From an uncultured Actinomycetes bacterium (GTDB lineage: Bacteria; Actinomycetota; Actinomycetes; S36-B12; CAIYMF01): 32,000 bases of DNA. Each line of letters begins with the position of its first letter. The first letter of the stretch is position 1. Made by a program: the position numbers and the translations under genes. The notes beneath the pieces were generated by a model. It made no database searches and had not been told where the DNA came from. It was given only the letters and a program-made list of their open reading frames with translations. The stretch covers positions 120,001-152,000 of the forward strand of contig CAWJMG010000003.1 of the NCBI GenBank assembly GCA_963843975.1, in the 5' to 3' direction. This document shows positions 8,357 through 17,274 of this stretch, piece by piece.

Positions 8357-10012
8357 TCAGCGGCGGATCGCGTCGAGACCGAGCAGCGCGACGTGAAGCG
8401 ACAGGCACGACTCGACAGAGTCGAGGTCGACCGCGAGCACCTTCTCGATGCGGTGCAGCCGCTCGTAGAAGCTCGGTCGCGAGAGGTGGGCCGCGTCGGC
8501 GGCCGCGGACTTGTTGCGCCCCGAGCTCAGGTAGATGCGCAGCATCCCGACGAGGTCGGTGCCGTGCTGCGCGTCGTGCGCGAGCAAGGGGCCGAGCTCG
8601 CGCTCGACGAACGTCTGCAGCCTGTCGTCGTCCCGGAGCAGGTGCAGGAGCCCGCGCAGCCGGACGTCGGGGAGCCGGTAGTACGGACGCGGCACGCCGT
8701 CGTCGTCGGACGGAGCTGCGTCGGCGACCTGCGCGGCCTCGAGGAACGCACGCCGGAGGTCGCGCACGTTGGCGACCACGGACCCGACCGCCACCACCCA
8801 GCCGGCGGCGGGAAGCACGGCCCGGCCCGTTGCCGCGCGCTTGGTGAGGGCGCCGGATAAGCGGCCGAGCACGGGGTCGACGTCCTCGCGCGGTGGCAGT
8901 GAGAGCAGCACGCCGACCGTGGCGTCGTCGACGCCGCCCACGAGCCCGACGGCGCGGCTGTCGCGCAGCGCGCCCGCGACGGTCTCCGCCAGGTCGCGCA
9001 GGCGTTCCTGCACCTCGAGCGCCGGGCCGACCGGGCCGCGGGCGAGCCGGACCAGGACGGCGACGAGAGCGTGCCCCTCCAGCGGGACGCCGAGCGCGGA
9101 CGATCGGGCGACGAGCTCGGGGAGCGGCACCGAGCCGGCGATGACGCCGGTAAGCAGCGTGCGGTGGGTCTGGCGCTCGAGCGACTCGCGGTCGCGCTCG
9201 ACCAGGCGGGAGAGGGCGACCGTGGCGGCGCCCCGCTCCACGAGCATCGTGTCGCGCGGCGTCGGCGCGGCCGCGGTGCGCAGGAGGAGGCGGCCCCAGT
9301 CCTGCCCGCGGGCGCCGACCGTGGTGACCAGCCAACCGGAGGCGTCGTCGTACCCCGTCCGCGAGGCGGTGCGCACGGCGCGGCTGCGCCCTTCCCAGTC
9401 GCCGAGCACCTCGCCGAGGTCCTGGTCGCCCGCCTCGACCGCGAGCACCTGGTGCGCGAGGTTCTCCAGCACGACGGGCCGACCCGCCATCCGCGCAACC
9501 TGGCGCACGATCTCGGTGGGGGAGGCGCCCTCCACCGTGAGCTCGGTGAAGGTGGCGTGCACGGCCTCAGAGGCGCGCAGCTCCTCGATCTGGGCGTCGA
9601 CGATGCAGGCATGCACCTGCTCGGTGATGGTCGCGAAGCGCGCCTCGCGGGTGAGCTCGACCAGCACGAGCCCCGCCTCGTCGGCCGCGCGCACCATGGC
9701 GTCGGGCAGCCGGTCGAAGCGGCGACCCGTCTCGACCATCACGCCGGTCACGCCGACCTCGGCGAGTCCGCGGACGTACGCCGCCAGCCCCTCGTCGTCG
9801 GCGGGCAGCAGCACGCCGGTGGTGAGGAGGAGCTCGCCGCCCCGCAGCAGGCGGGCGACGTCGGCGATCTCCGCGGCGTGGGTCCAGCGCACGGGCCGGG
9901 CGAGGTGGTCGGCCCCGGCCCGCACGGCGGGGGCGCCGTCCACGACGGCCGGCAGCCGCAGCACCTCGGCGACGGTGGGGTACATCCCGGCCAGCGGGTC
10001 CACGGGCTCCAC
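8357..10012 (-). CDS. PucR-family transcriptional regulator
   Basis: 551 aa. N-terminal purine-catabolism-regulator-like domain (VRWTHAAEI...GGELLLTTG). C-terminal PucR HTH (LRIYLSSGRNKSAAADAAHLSRPSFYERLHRIEKVL). Start is GTG at 10012, or more typically ATG at 9985 (MYPTVAEVLRLP). Confidence 0.88.
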   Translation of the reverse strand: MEPVDPLAGMYPTVAEVLRLPAVVDGAPAVRAGADHLARPVRWTHAAEIADVARLLRGGELLLTTGVLLPADDEGLAAYVRGLAEVGVTGVMVETGRRFDRLPDAMVRAADEAGLVLVELTREARFATITEQVHACIVDAQIEELRASEAVHATFTELTVEGASPTEIVRQVARMAGRPVVLENLAHQVLAVEAGDQDLGEVLGDWEGRSRAVRTASRTGYDDASGWLVTTVGARGQDWGRLLLRTAAAPTPRDTMLVERGAATVALSRLVERDRESLERQTHRTLLTGVIAGSVPLPELVARSSALGVPLEGHALVAVLVRLARGPVGPALEVQERLRDLAETVAGALRDSRAVGLVGGVDDATVGVLLSLPPREDVDPVLGRLSGALTKRAATGRAVLPAAGWVVAVGSVVANVRDLRRAFLEAAQVADAAPSDDDGVPRPYYRLPDVRLRGLLHLLRDDDRLQTFVERELGPLLAHDAQHGTDLVGMLRIYLSSGRNKSAAADAAHLSRPSFYERLHRIEKVLAVDLDSVESCLSLHVALLGLDAIRR

Positions 10013-10072
10013 GCCCCGGACCGTAGCGGCGCAGCGGGGAGGACGCCATCACATCGTCAGGGTCCCGAGGCA

Positions 10073-10127
10073 TCCGGTTGGCAGGCTGTCGGCGCGCTCG
10101 GACCCTGCGCGGGCGTCCGGTTCGCAG
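10073..10127. repeat. Direct repeat TCCGGTTnGCAG x2 in the PucR/ALDH divergent region
   Basis: 10073-10084 is tccggttggcag and 10116-10127 is tccggttcgcag (11 of 12 identical, 43-nt offset). Function unknown. Confidence 0.4.
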
Positions 10128-10399
10128 AACGGCCACCGGTGTCCGAACGTCGCGCGTTCCGCAGGCGTTACCCAGTTCACCTGCGGGAAACATCGGTCGC
10201 TGGTCACGATCACGATGCAATTCGTCGTGGGGGCCCGATCCAGCCACGGAATCCCTTGTCTCACCCCGAGGCCCGTGCGAGGATCCCGATGACCGGTGGG
10301 TGGCCGTACGTCGTCATGCCGGTAAACCCTGGGACAGGCGGTCCGCCCGCCCTCAGCCCGGGGATGCGCTCACGCCAGGACTCGACGAGGAGGACGCCG

Positions 10400-11890
10400 G
10401 TGACAGCTCACGGTCATCTGTTCGTGGACGGCGAGCGCCGGACGGGCACCTCCGGCCAGACCCACGACGTGATCAACCCCGCGGACGGCACCGTGGTCGA
10501 GACCGCAACCCTCGCCTCGTCCGCCGACGTCGATGTCGCGGTCGCAGCCGCCGCCCGTGCGCAGGCCGACTGGGGCCGTGCCACTCCGGGCGAGCGCTCC
10601 ACCGCCCTCGCCGCCCTCGCGCAGGTCATGAACGGCCGAGCCGAGGAGTACGCGCAGGTCGAGACGAGCCAGACCGGCAAGCCCATCAAGCTCACCCGCG
10701 AGTTCGACGTCCCCGGGTCGATCGACAACGTCTCGTTCTACTCCGGCGCCGCGCGCAACCTCGAGGGTCGCGCCTCGGCCGAGTACGACGGTCTGCACAC
10801 CTCCGTCGTCCGCCGTGAGCCGATCGGCGTCGTGGGCTCGATCGCCCCGTGGAACTACCCGCTGCAGATGGCGATCTGGAAGGTCATGCCGGCGATCGCG
10901 GCCGGCAACTCGATCGTCCTGAAGCCGGCCGAGCTCACGCCGCTCACGGCGCTGATGCTGGCCGAGGACTGCAGGACCGCCGGCATCCCCGACGGCGTCG
11001 TCAACGTGCTCACCGGCGCGGGCCGCGTCGCAGGCGAGGCCCTGCTCGCGCACCCCACCGTGCGGATGGTCTCGTTCACGGGCTCGACCCCGGTGGGCAA
11101 GCGCGTCATGGAGGTTGCCGCCGGCACCGTCAAGCGCGTGCACCTCGAGCTCGGCGGCAAGGCGCCGTTCCTCGTGTTCGACGACGCCGACCTCGAGGCC
11201 GCGGTGCACGGCGCCGTCGCAGGCTCGCTCATCAACACCGGCCAGGACTGCACCGCCGCGACCCGCGCCTACGTGCAGCGCCCGCTGTACGACGCCTTCG
11301 TGCAGGGCGTCGCCGACCTCATGCGCACCGTCCGTCTCGGCGCCCCGACCGACCCGAGCACCGACCTCGGCCCGCTGGTGTCGTTCGCCCAGCGCGACCG
11401 CGTCGCCGGGTTCGTGGAGCGCGCCCGCGGCTACGGCGCCAAGGTCGTCGCCGGCGGCCAGATCCCCGGCGGCGCGCTCGCGGCCGGCGCCTTCTACGAG
11501 CCCACTCTCGTGGTCGACGCCGCGCAGGACTCCGAGATCGTCCAGGACGAGATCTTCGGCCCGGTCCTCGTCGTGCTGCCGTTCGACTCCGACGAGGAGG
11601 GCATCGCCCTCGCCAACGACACGCCCTTCGGGCTGGCGGCCTCGGCCTGGACGCGCGACGTCGTCCGCTCGATGCGGGCGAGCCGGGAGATCCAGGCCGG
11701 CTGCGTGTGGATCAACGACCACATCCCGATCGTCAGCGACATGCCGCACGGCGGCTACAAGTCCTCCGGCTTCGGCAAGGACATGAGCCAGTACTCCTTC
11801 GACGAGTACACCCAGGTCAAGCACGTGTCGTTCGAGATCACGGGCATCGCCCAGAAGGACTGGCACCGCACCATCTTCGGAGACCGCTGA
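10400..11890 (+). CDS. Aminoaldehyde (gamma-aminobutyraldehyde/betaine-aldehyde type) dehydrogenase
   Basis: GTG at 10400 preceded by GAGGAGGA. 496 aa. N-terminus MTAHGHLFVDGERR...VINPADG, with ELGGKAP and GQDCTAATR (catalytic Cys). Lies immediately upstream of a spermidine/putrescine-type ABC importer. The 939-aa track ORF is an upstream run-on. Confidence 0.88.
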   Translation: MTAHGHLFVDGERRTGTSGQTHDVINPADGTVVETATLASSADVDVAVAAAARAQADWGRATPGERSTALAALAQVMNGRAEEYAQVETSQTGKPIKLTREFDVPGSIDNVSFYSGAARNLEGRASAEYDGLHTSVVRREPIGVVGSIAPWNYPLQMAIWKVMPAIAAGNSIVLKPAELTPLTALMLAEDCRTAGIPDGVVNVLTGAGRVAGEALLAHPTVRMVSFTGSTPVGKRVMEVAAGTVKRVHLELGGKAPFLVFDDADLEAAVHGAVAGSLINTGQDCTAATRAYVQRPLYDAFVQGVADLMRTVRLGAPTDPSTDLGPLVSFAQRDRVAGFVERARGYGAKVVAGGQIPGGALAAGAFYEPTLVVDAAQDSEIVQDEIFGPVLVVLPFDSDEEGIALANDTPFGLAASAWTRDVVRSMRASREIQAGCVWINDHIPIVSDMPHGGYKSSGFGKDMSQYSFDEYTQVKHVSFEITGIAQKDWHRTIFGDR

Positions 11891-11982
11891 CACCGGCCGC
11901 CGAGCACGACGGATCACCCGCTCGATCCGCACCACCCAGACCCTCACCGCAACCGTTCGACACCTCTGGAGGATCCGCCCCC

Positions 11983-13206
11983 ATGGCTGACCAGCCGCTC
12001 GACCCCAAGACCTCGGCACTCGTGTCGTCCCTGTCCCGCCGTCGCGTGCTCAAGGCGGCAGGCATCGGCACGGCGGCCATGGCCGCTGCGGCGTGCGGTG
12101 CCAAGGGCACCGGCGGTGGGACCGCCTCGAGCGCCTCCGGCGCCCCGGTGCCCTCGTCGCAGCCCGACAAGTCCGACACCGACAAGATCGTGAACTGGTC
12201 GAACTGGGTGTCGTACATCGACACCGACGAGGCCTCGGGCGACCGCCCCTCCCTCGTGGAGTTCGAGAAGCAGACCGGTATCAAGGTCACGTACACCGAG
12301 GACGTCAACGGCAACCAGGACTTCTACGCGAAGGTCCGGGCTCAGCTCGAGCAGGGCCGCGACATCGGCCGCGACATCGTCGTGCTCACCGACTGGATGG
12401 CCGGTCTCTGGGTGAGCAAGGGCTACGCCCTCGCGATGGACGACGCCAACATCCCGAACAAGAAGAACGTCCTCACGGCACTCGCCGACCCGGCGTTCGA
12501 CCCCAAGCGCGCGCACACGCTGCCCTGGCAGAGCGGCTTCGCCGGCCTCGGCTACAACAAGACGCTGCTCAAGGCCGCGACTGGCAAGGACTCCATGAAG
12601 TCCCTCGCCGACCTGTGGGACCCGGCCCTCAAGGGCAAGGTGACCGTCCTCGACGAGATGCGCGACACCATCGGCATCATCATGATGTCGCAGGGCAAGG
12701 ACCCGTCGAACTTCACCGACGACGACTTCAACGCCGCCGCCGACGAGCTGCAGAAGCAGCTCGACTCCGGCCAGATCCGCCAGGTGACGGGCAACGACTA
12801 CCTCACCGCGCTCGAGAACAAGGACGTCGTGGCGGTCATCGGCTGGTCCGGCGACGTCGCGGCCCTCGGCGGCGACTACGAGTTCCAGATCCCCGAGTCC
12901 GGTGGCACGCTCTGGACCGACAACATGCTCATGCCGGCCATGGCGGGTCACCAGAAGAACGCCGAGACCCTCATGAACTACTACTACGACCCGAAGGTCG
13001 CGGCGCAGGTGGCGGCGTATGTCCAGTACATCACCCCGGTGCAGGGCGTCCAGGAGGAGATCGCCAAGATCGACCCCACCCTCACCGAGAACCAGCTCAT
13101 CTTCCCGTCGGAGGAGACGCTGTCGACGGTGAAGATCTTCATGCCGCTCGAGCCTGCCCAGCAGACGAAGTACGAGCAGCAGTTCCAGCAGCTGATCGGC
13201 AACTGA
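11983..13206 (+). CDS. Spermidine/putrescine-type ABC transporter substrate-binding lipoprotein (PotD/PotF family)
   Basis: ATG at 11983 with GGAGGA 9 nt upstream. Tat-like SRRRVLKAAG plus lipobox AAAACG. Body typical of the PotD/PotF family (NWSNWVSYID..., GWSGD..., TLWTDNMLMP). Confidence 0.88.
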   Translation: MADQPLDPKTSALVSSLSRRRVLKAAGIGTAAMAAAACGAKGTGGGTASSASGAPVPSSQPDKSDTDKIVNWSNWVSYIDTDEASGDRPSLVEFEKQTGIKVTYTEDVNGNQDFYAKVRAQLEQGRDIGRDIVVLTDWMAGLWVSKGYALAMDDANIPNKKNVLTALADPAFDPKRAHTLPWQSGFAGLGYNKTLLKAATGKDSMKSLADLWDPALKGKVTVLDEMRDTIGIIMMSQGKDPSNFTDDDFNAAADELQKQLDSGQIRQVTGNDYLTALENKDVVAVIGWSGDVAALGGDYEFQIPESGGTLWTDNMLMPAMAGHQKNAETLMNYYYDPKVAAQVAAYVQYITPVQGVQEEIAKIDPTLTENQLIFPSEETLSTVKIFMPLEPAQQTKYEQQFQQLIGN

Positions 13207-13213
13207 TCGACCG

Positions 13214-13244
13214 GGCCGTGGGCGGGGGTTCCCCGCCCACGGCC
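13214..13244 (+). terminator. Intra-operon hairpin after the binding-protein gene (attenuator or mRNA stabiliser)
   Basis: Perfect 14-bp stem GGCCGTGGGCGGGG / CCCCGCCCACGGCC with a 3-nt loop, 8 nt after the stop at 13206 and 83 nt before the ATPase gene. Confidence 0.6.
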
Positions 13245-13326
13245 TGCCCATGCGGCCTCGTCGTCCTGACGCAGCCGCGCGCACGTCCAGGTTCCAGCAC
13301 TCCAGCTTCATGAAAGGGCGGCCCCG

Positions 13327-14526
13327 GTGGCTCGTACCCCTGTGGTGACCGGCAAGGTCGAGGACCTCCACCTCATCGGCCTGACCAAGCGCTTCGCGAC
13401 GATGACCGCTGTCGACTCGCTCGACCTCACGATCCCGGCGGGCTCGTTCTTCGCACTCCTCGGCCCGTCCGGCTGCGGCAAGACCACGACGCTGCGCATG
13501 GTCGCCGGCCTCGAGGACCCGACCGCGGGTGCCATCCTCATCGGCGACCAGGACGTCACGCAGCTGCGCCCGTACCAGCGCCCGGTCAACACGGTGTTCC
13601 AGAGCTACGCGCTCTTCCCGCATCTCGACATCTTCGAGAACGTCGCCTTCGGCCTGCGCCGTCGCGGCGTGAAGGACGTCAAGAAGCCGGTCGAGGACAT
13701 GCTCGAGCTCGTGGAACTCACCACCATGGCGCGTCGCAAGCCGGGCCAGCTCTCGGGCGGCCAGCAGCAGCGCGTCGCGGTGGCTCGTGCGCTCATCAAC
13801 CAGCCCGACGTGCTCCTGCTCGACGAGCCGCTCGGCGCCCTCGACCTCAAGCTGCGCCGCCAGATGCAGATCGAGCTCAAGCGGATCCAGACCGAGGTCG
13901 GCATCACCTTCGTGCACGTGACGCACGACCAGGAGGAGGCCATGACCATGGCCGACACCGTCGCCGTCATGAACCAGGGCCGCATCGAGCAGATGGGCTC
14001 GCCGGTCGACATCTACGAGAACCCGCGCACGGCGTTCGTCGCGAACTTCCTCGGCCAGTCGAACCTCTTCCCGGGCTCGGTCGTCGGCCGAGACCACGAC
14101 TCGATCGTGGTGTCGGCTCACGGCACGACGTTCCGCATCCCGACCTCGCGCGTCGCCACCAGCGGCGACTCGGTCGTGGTGGGCGTCCGGCCCGAGAAGG
14201 TCACGATCCGAGCCGCCTCGCGGGCGGGCCAGCTCGACTCGGGCCGCAACAACCTCACCGGCGTCGTCACCGACGCGTCGTTCACGGGCCTGTCGACCCA
14301 GTACCTCGTGCGCACGCCGTGGGGCCAGGAGCTGCAGGTGTTCTCGCAGAACCTGTCCGCCGACGACGTCGTGAGCCTGGGCGAGGACGTGGTCCTGTCG
14401 TGGGACCCGACGCACACCTTCGGCCTCGACGGCGCTGAGGACCTCAACGCCGGCGTCGACAAGGAGCTGCTCGAGCTCGGCCACCTGGCCGGCGGCGAGG
14501 AAGCCTCCGTCCAGGTCGGGGGCTGA
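13327..14526 (+). CDS. potA: Spermidine/putrescine ABC transporter ATP-binding protein
   Basis: 399 aa. Walker [10 protein letters not shown], signature [15 protein letters not shown], Walker [13 protein letters not shown]-loop VTHDQEEA, and a C-terminal TOBE-like regulatory domain. Confidence 0.92.
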   Translation: MARTPVVTGKVEDLHLIGLTKRFATMTAVDSLDLTIPAGSFFALLGPSGCGKTTTLRMVAGLEDPTAGAILIGDQDVTQLRPYQRPVNTVFQSYALFPHLDIFENVAFGLRRRGVKDVKKPVEDMLELVELTTMARRKPGQLSGGQQQRVAVARALINQPDVLLLDEPLGALDLKLRRQMQIELKRIQTEVGITFVHVTHDQEEAMTMADTVAVMNQGRIEQMGSPVDIYENPRTAFVANFLGQSNLFPGSVVGRDHDSIVVSAHGTTFRIPTSRVATSGDSVVVGVRPEKVTIRAASRAGQLDSGRNNLTGVVTDASFTGLSTQYLVRTPWGQELQVFSQNLSADDVVSLGEDVVLSWDPTHTFGLDGAEDLNAGVDKELLELGHLAGGEEASVQVGG

Positions 14527-14528
14527 CC

Positions 14529-15434
14529 GTGCCCGCCATCGTCCCCACCGCCACCGCGACGGGCAGCACCGAGGCGACCGTCCGGCGCAGCAAGCGCTCG
14601 ACGCCGTACGTCCTCCTGCTGCCCGGCCTCGGCTGGCTCGCGGTCTTCTTCGTCGTTCCGCTCTTCGCCTCGCTCGCCACCTCGCTGCAGGTGCCGATCG
14701 AGGAGGGCAACCCCGACGCCGGCTTCGCCCAGGCGTTCGAGATCTCCAACTACACGAACGCGATCACGGAGTACTGGCCGCAGTTCGTGCGCTCGTACGT
14801 GTTCGCCGGCCTGGCGACGCTGCTCGCGCTCGCGATCGCCTACCCGCTGGCGTACTTCATCGCCTTCAAGGCGGGGAAGTACCGCAACATCATGCTGGTG
14901 CTCGTGGTCGCTCCGTTCTTCTGCAGCTTCCTCATCCGCACCTACGCCTGGAAGACGATCCTCGCCGACCAGAGCCCCGTCACGCAGTTCCTCAACTTCC
15001 TGCACCTGCTGCCGGACGACCGCATCCTCAACACCCCGCTCGCGGTCATCACCGGCATCGCGTACAACTTCCTGCCGTTCATGACTCTGCCGCTGTACGC
15101 CGCGCTCGAGAAGATCGACTTCCGACTGATCGAGGCCGGCAACGACCTCTACGGCTCGCCGTGGACGACGTTCCGCAAGGTGACGTTCCCGCTGTCGCTC
15201 CCGGGCGTCGTCGCAGGCACGCTGCTCACCTTCATCCCGGCGGTCGGCGACTTCATCAACGCTCAGCTGCTCGGATCGATCAAGGACAAGATGATCGGCA
15301 ACGTCATCGACAGCCAGTTCCGCATCGTCCGCGACTATCCGACCGCGTCGGCGCTGTCGTTCCTGCTGATGGTGTCGGTGCTCGCGATCGTCTTCGTCTA
15401 CATTCGCCGAGCAGGGACGGAGGACCTGGTCTGA
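14529..15434 (+). CDS. ABC transporter permease (PotB/PotH-like)
   Basis: 301 aa polytopic membrane protein. GTG lies 2 nt after the potA stop. Type-1 ABC transmembrane domain (AALEKIDFRLIEAGNDLYGSPWTTFRKVTFPLSLPG). Confidence 0.9.
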   Translation: MPAIVPTATATGSTEATVRRSKRSTPYVLLLPGLGWLAVFFVVPLFASLATSLQVPIEEGNPDAGFAQAFEISNYTNAITEYWPQFVRSYVFAGLATLLALAIAYPLAYFIAFKAGKYRNIMLVLVVAPFFCSFLIRTYAWKTILADQSPVTQFLNFLHLLPDDRILNTPLAVITGIAYNFLPFMTLPLYAALEKIDFRLIEAGNDLYGSPWTTFRKVTFPLSLPGVVAGTLLTFIPAVGDFINAQLLGSIKDKMIGNVIDSQFRIVRDYPTASALSFLLMVSVLAIVFVYIRRAGTEDLV

Positions 15435-16306
15435 TGTCCGCTCCTACCGTCGACCGCTCGTCAGCATCCCAGCAGTCACGCGACTACACCCCGAAGCGCC
15501 CGGGTGTGCTCTCGCGCTCGCTGCGCTGGGTGCGCGACCACGTCATCGCCATCGCGGCGTTCCTCGCGCTGATCTACCTGTTCCTGCCGATCGCGGTCGT
15601 CGTGATCTTCTCGTTCAACAAGCCCGAGGGCCGTCAGAACGTCGTCTGGAACCAGTTCTCGCTCGACGCGTGGCTCAACATCTGCCGCGACCCCACGATC
15701 TGCGACGCCGTCGGCGTCAGCCTGCAGATCGCGGTCATCTCCACGGCGGTCGCCACCCTGCTCGGCACGCTCATCTCGTTCGCGCTCGTGCGGCACCGCT
15801 TCAAGGGCCGTGCGGCGACGAACCTGCTGATCTTCCTGCCGATGGCCACGCCCGAGGTCGTCCTCGGCGCCTCGCTGCTCGCCCTGTTCCTCAACCTGGG
15901 TGCGCCGCTCGGCACCGGCACGATCATCATCGCCCACATCATGTTCTGCATCAGCTTCGTCGTGGTGTCGGTGAAGGCCCGCCTCGCGGGCCTCGACCCG
16001 AGGCTCGAGCAGGCGGCGTCCGACCTGTACGCCGACGAGCGCGCGACGTTCCGCTACGTCACGCTCCCGCTCGTGCTGCCGGGCATCGTGTCGGCGGCCC
16101 TGCTCGCGTTCTCGCTGTCGTTCGACGACTTCATCATCACGAACTTCAACAACGGCACCACCGTGACGTTCCCGCTGTACGTGTGGGGTGCCGCCCAGCG
16201 CGGCATCCCGCCGCAGGTCAACGTCATCGGCTCGATCATGTTCTTCGCGGCCCTCGCCATCGTCGTGGTCGCGCAGATCGTCGGTGCCGCGCGCCGCAAG
16301 AAGTAG
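15434..16306 (+). CDS. ABC transporter permease (PotC/PotI-like)
   Basis: ATG at 15434 overlaps the upstream TGA (TGATG). 290 aa. Type-1 ABC transmembrane domain (LAGLDPRLEQAASDLYADERATFRYVTLPLVLPG). Confidence 0.9.
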   Translation: MSAPTVDRSSASQQSRDYTPKRPGVLSRSLRWVRDHVIAIAAFLALIYLFLPIAVVVIFSFNKPEGRQNVVWNQFSLDAWLNICRDPTICDAVGVSLQIAVISTAVATLLGTLISFALVRHRFKGRAATNLLIFLPMATPEVVLGASLLALFLNLGAPLGTGTIIIAHIMFCISFVVVSVKARLAGLDPRLEQAASDLYADERATFRYVTLPLVLPGIVSAALLAFSLSFDDFIITNFNNGTTVTFPLYVWGAAQRGIPPQVNVIGSIMFFAALAIVVVAQIVGAARRKK

Positions 16307-16319
16307 GCAGGACACCGCA

Positions 16320-16356
16320 CGAGGCCGCGCCTACCCTCTCGGGTGGCGCGGCCTCG
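16320..16356 (+). terminator. Hairpin after the ABC permease genes
   Basis: Perfect 12-bp stem CGAGGCCGCGCC / GGCGCGGCCTCG with a 13-nt loop, 14 nt after the stop at 16306. The next gene's RBS GAAGGAGA starts 6 nt after the stem. Confidence 0.55.
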
Positions 16357-16376
16357 TCGTCGAAGGAGACACACGC

Positions 16377-17258
16377 ATGGCACTGGCACCGCAGGTGGTG
16401 GGCATCCCGCTCTACCTGGGGCTCATGGCCCTCGAGCTCGTCGAGGTGCGCCGCGAGCGCCGCGACGCCGAGCGGCAGGGCACAGCTCCGCACCTCGTCG
16501 GCTACACCGGCAAGGACACCGCGACCAGCCTGACCATGGGCATCGGCTCGCTGGTGTGGGGCGCCGTCTTCGCCGGGGTGTCGCTCGCGTTCGACTTCTT
16601 CTTCTACGACCGCCGCCTGCTCGACCTCGGGTCGTTCGCCAACGGGTCAGCGGGCATCGGGGCTGCGATCGCGGCCTGGGCGCTCCTCGTCGTCCTCGAC
16701 GACTTCTGCTACTACTGGTTCCACCGCGTGCACCACGAGTCTCGGTTCTTCTGGGCGGCGCACGTCACCCACCACTCTTCGCAGAAGTACAACCTCTCGA
16801 CCGCGCTGCGCCAGTCGTGGATCCCGCTCACGAGCCTGCCGTTCTACATCCCCGTGTTCCTGCTCGGCTTCACGCCGGTGCAGTGGGCGTTCGTGCACGG
16901 CATCAACCTCGTGTACCAGTTCTGGATCCACACCGAGGCGGTCGACAAGATGTGGCGCTGGTTCGAGGCGGTGTTCAACACCCCGAGCCACCACCGCGTG
17001 CACCACGGGTCGAACCCGCAGTACCTCGACAAGAACTACGCCGGCATCTTCATCGTGTGGGACAGGCTGTTCGGCACGTTCGAGCCCGAGGCCGAGCGCG
17101 TCCGCTACGGCCTCACGAAGAACATCGACTCGTACAACCCCATCTATGTGGCGTACCACGAGGTCGTCGCGATCGGCCGCGACGTCGCGCGGGCCCGCTC
17201 GTGGCGCGACCGCTGGCGGTTCGCCTTCGGCAGCCCCGGCTGGACCCCCGCGGACTGA
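16377..17258 (+). CDS. Fatty acid hydroxylase superfamily protein (sterol-desaturase-like membrane di-iron enzyme)
   Basis: ATG at 16377 with GAAGGAGA upstream. 293 aa with hydrophobic N-terminal helices. Three His boxes: HRVHHE, HVTHHSS, HHRVHHG. Confidence 0.85.
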   Translation: MALAPQVVGIPLYLGLMALELVEVRRERRDAERQGTAPHLVGYTGKDTATSLTMGIGSLVWGAVFAGVSLAFDFFFYDRRLLDLGSFANGSAGIGAAIAAWALLVVLDDFCYYWFHRVHHESRFFWAAHVTHHSSQKYNLSTALRQSWIPLTSLPFYIPVFLLGFTPVQWAFVHGINLVYQFWIHTEAVDKMWRWFEAVFNTPSHHRVHHGSNPQYLDKNYAGIFIVWDRLFGTFEPEAERVRYGLTKNIDSYNPIYVAYHEVVAIGRDVARARSWRDRWRFAFGSPGWTPAD

Positions 17259-17274
17259 CGCGCCCGTTCTGCGT

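Noticed and set aside
10049-10264. 71-aa minus-strand ORF inside the 387-bp PucR/ALDH intergenic region.
   Set aside because: Weak GC3 bias, no RBS, and a Cys/Trp-rich odd composition. More likely non-coding regulatory DNA.
9071-10399. Upstream extension of the ALDH ORF (the 939-aa track ORF), including in-frame ATGs at about 10289 and 10316.
   Set aside because: The extension is antisense to the PucR gene and then non-coding-like. The conserved ALDH N-terminus begins at GTG 10400, which has a strong GAGGAGGA RBS.
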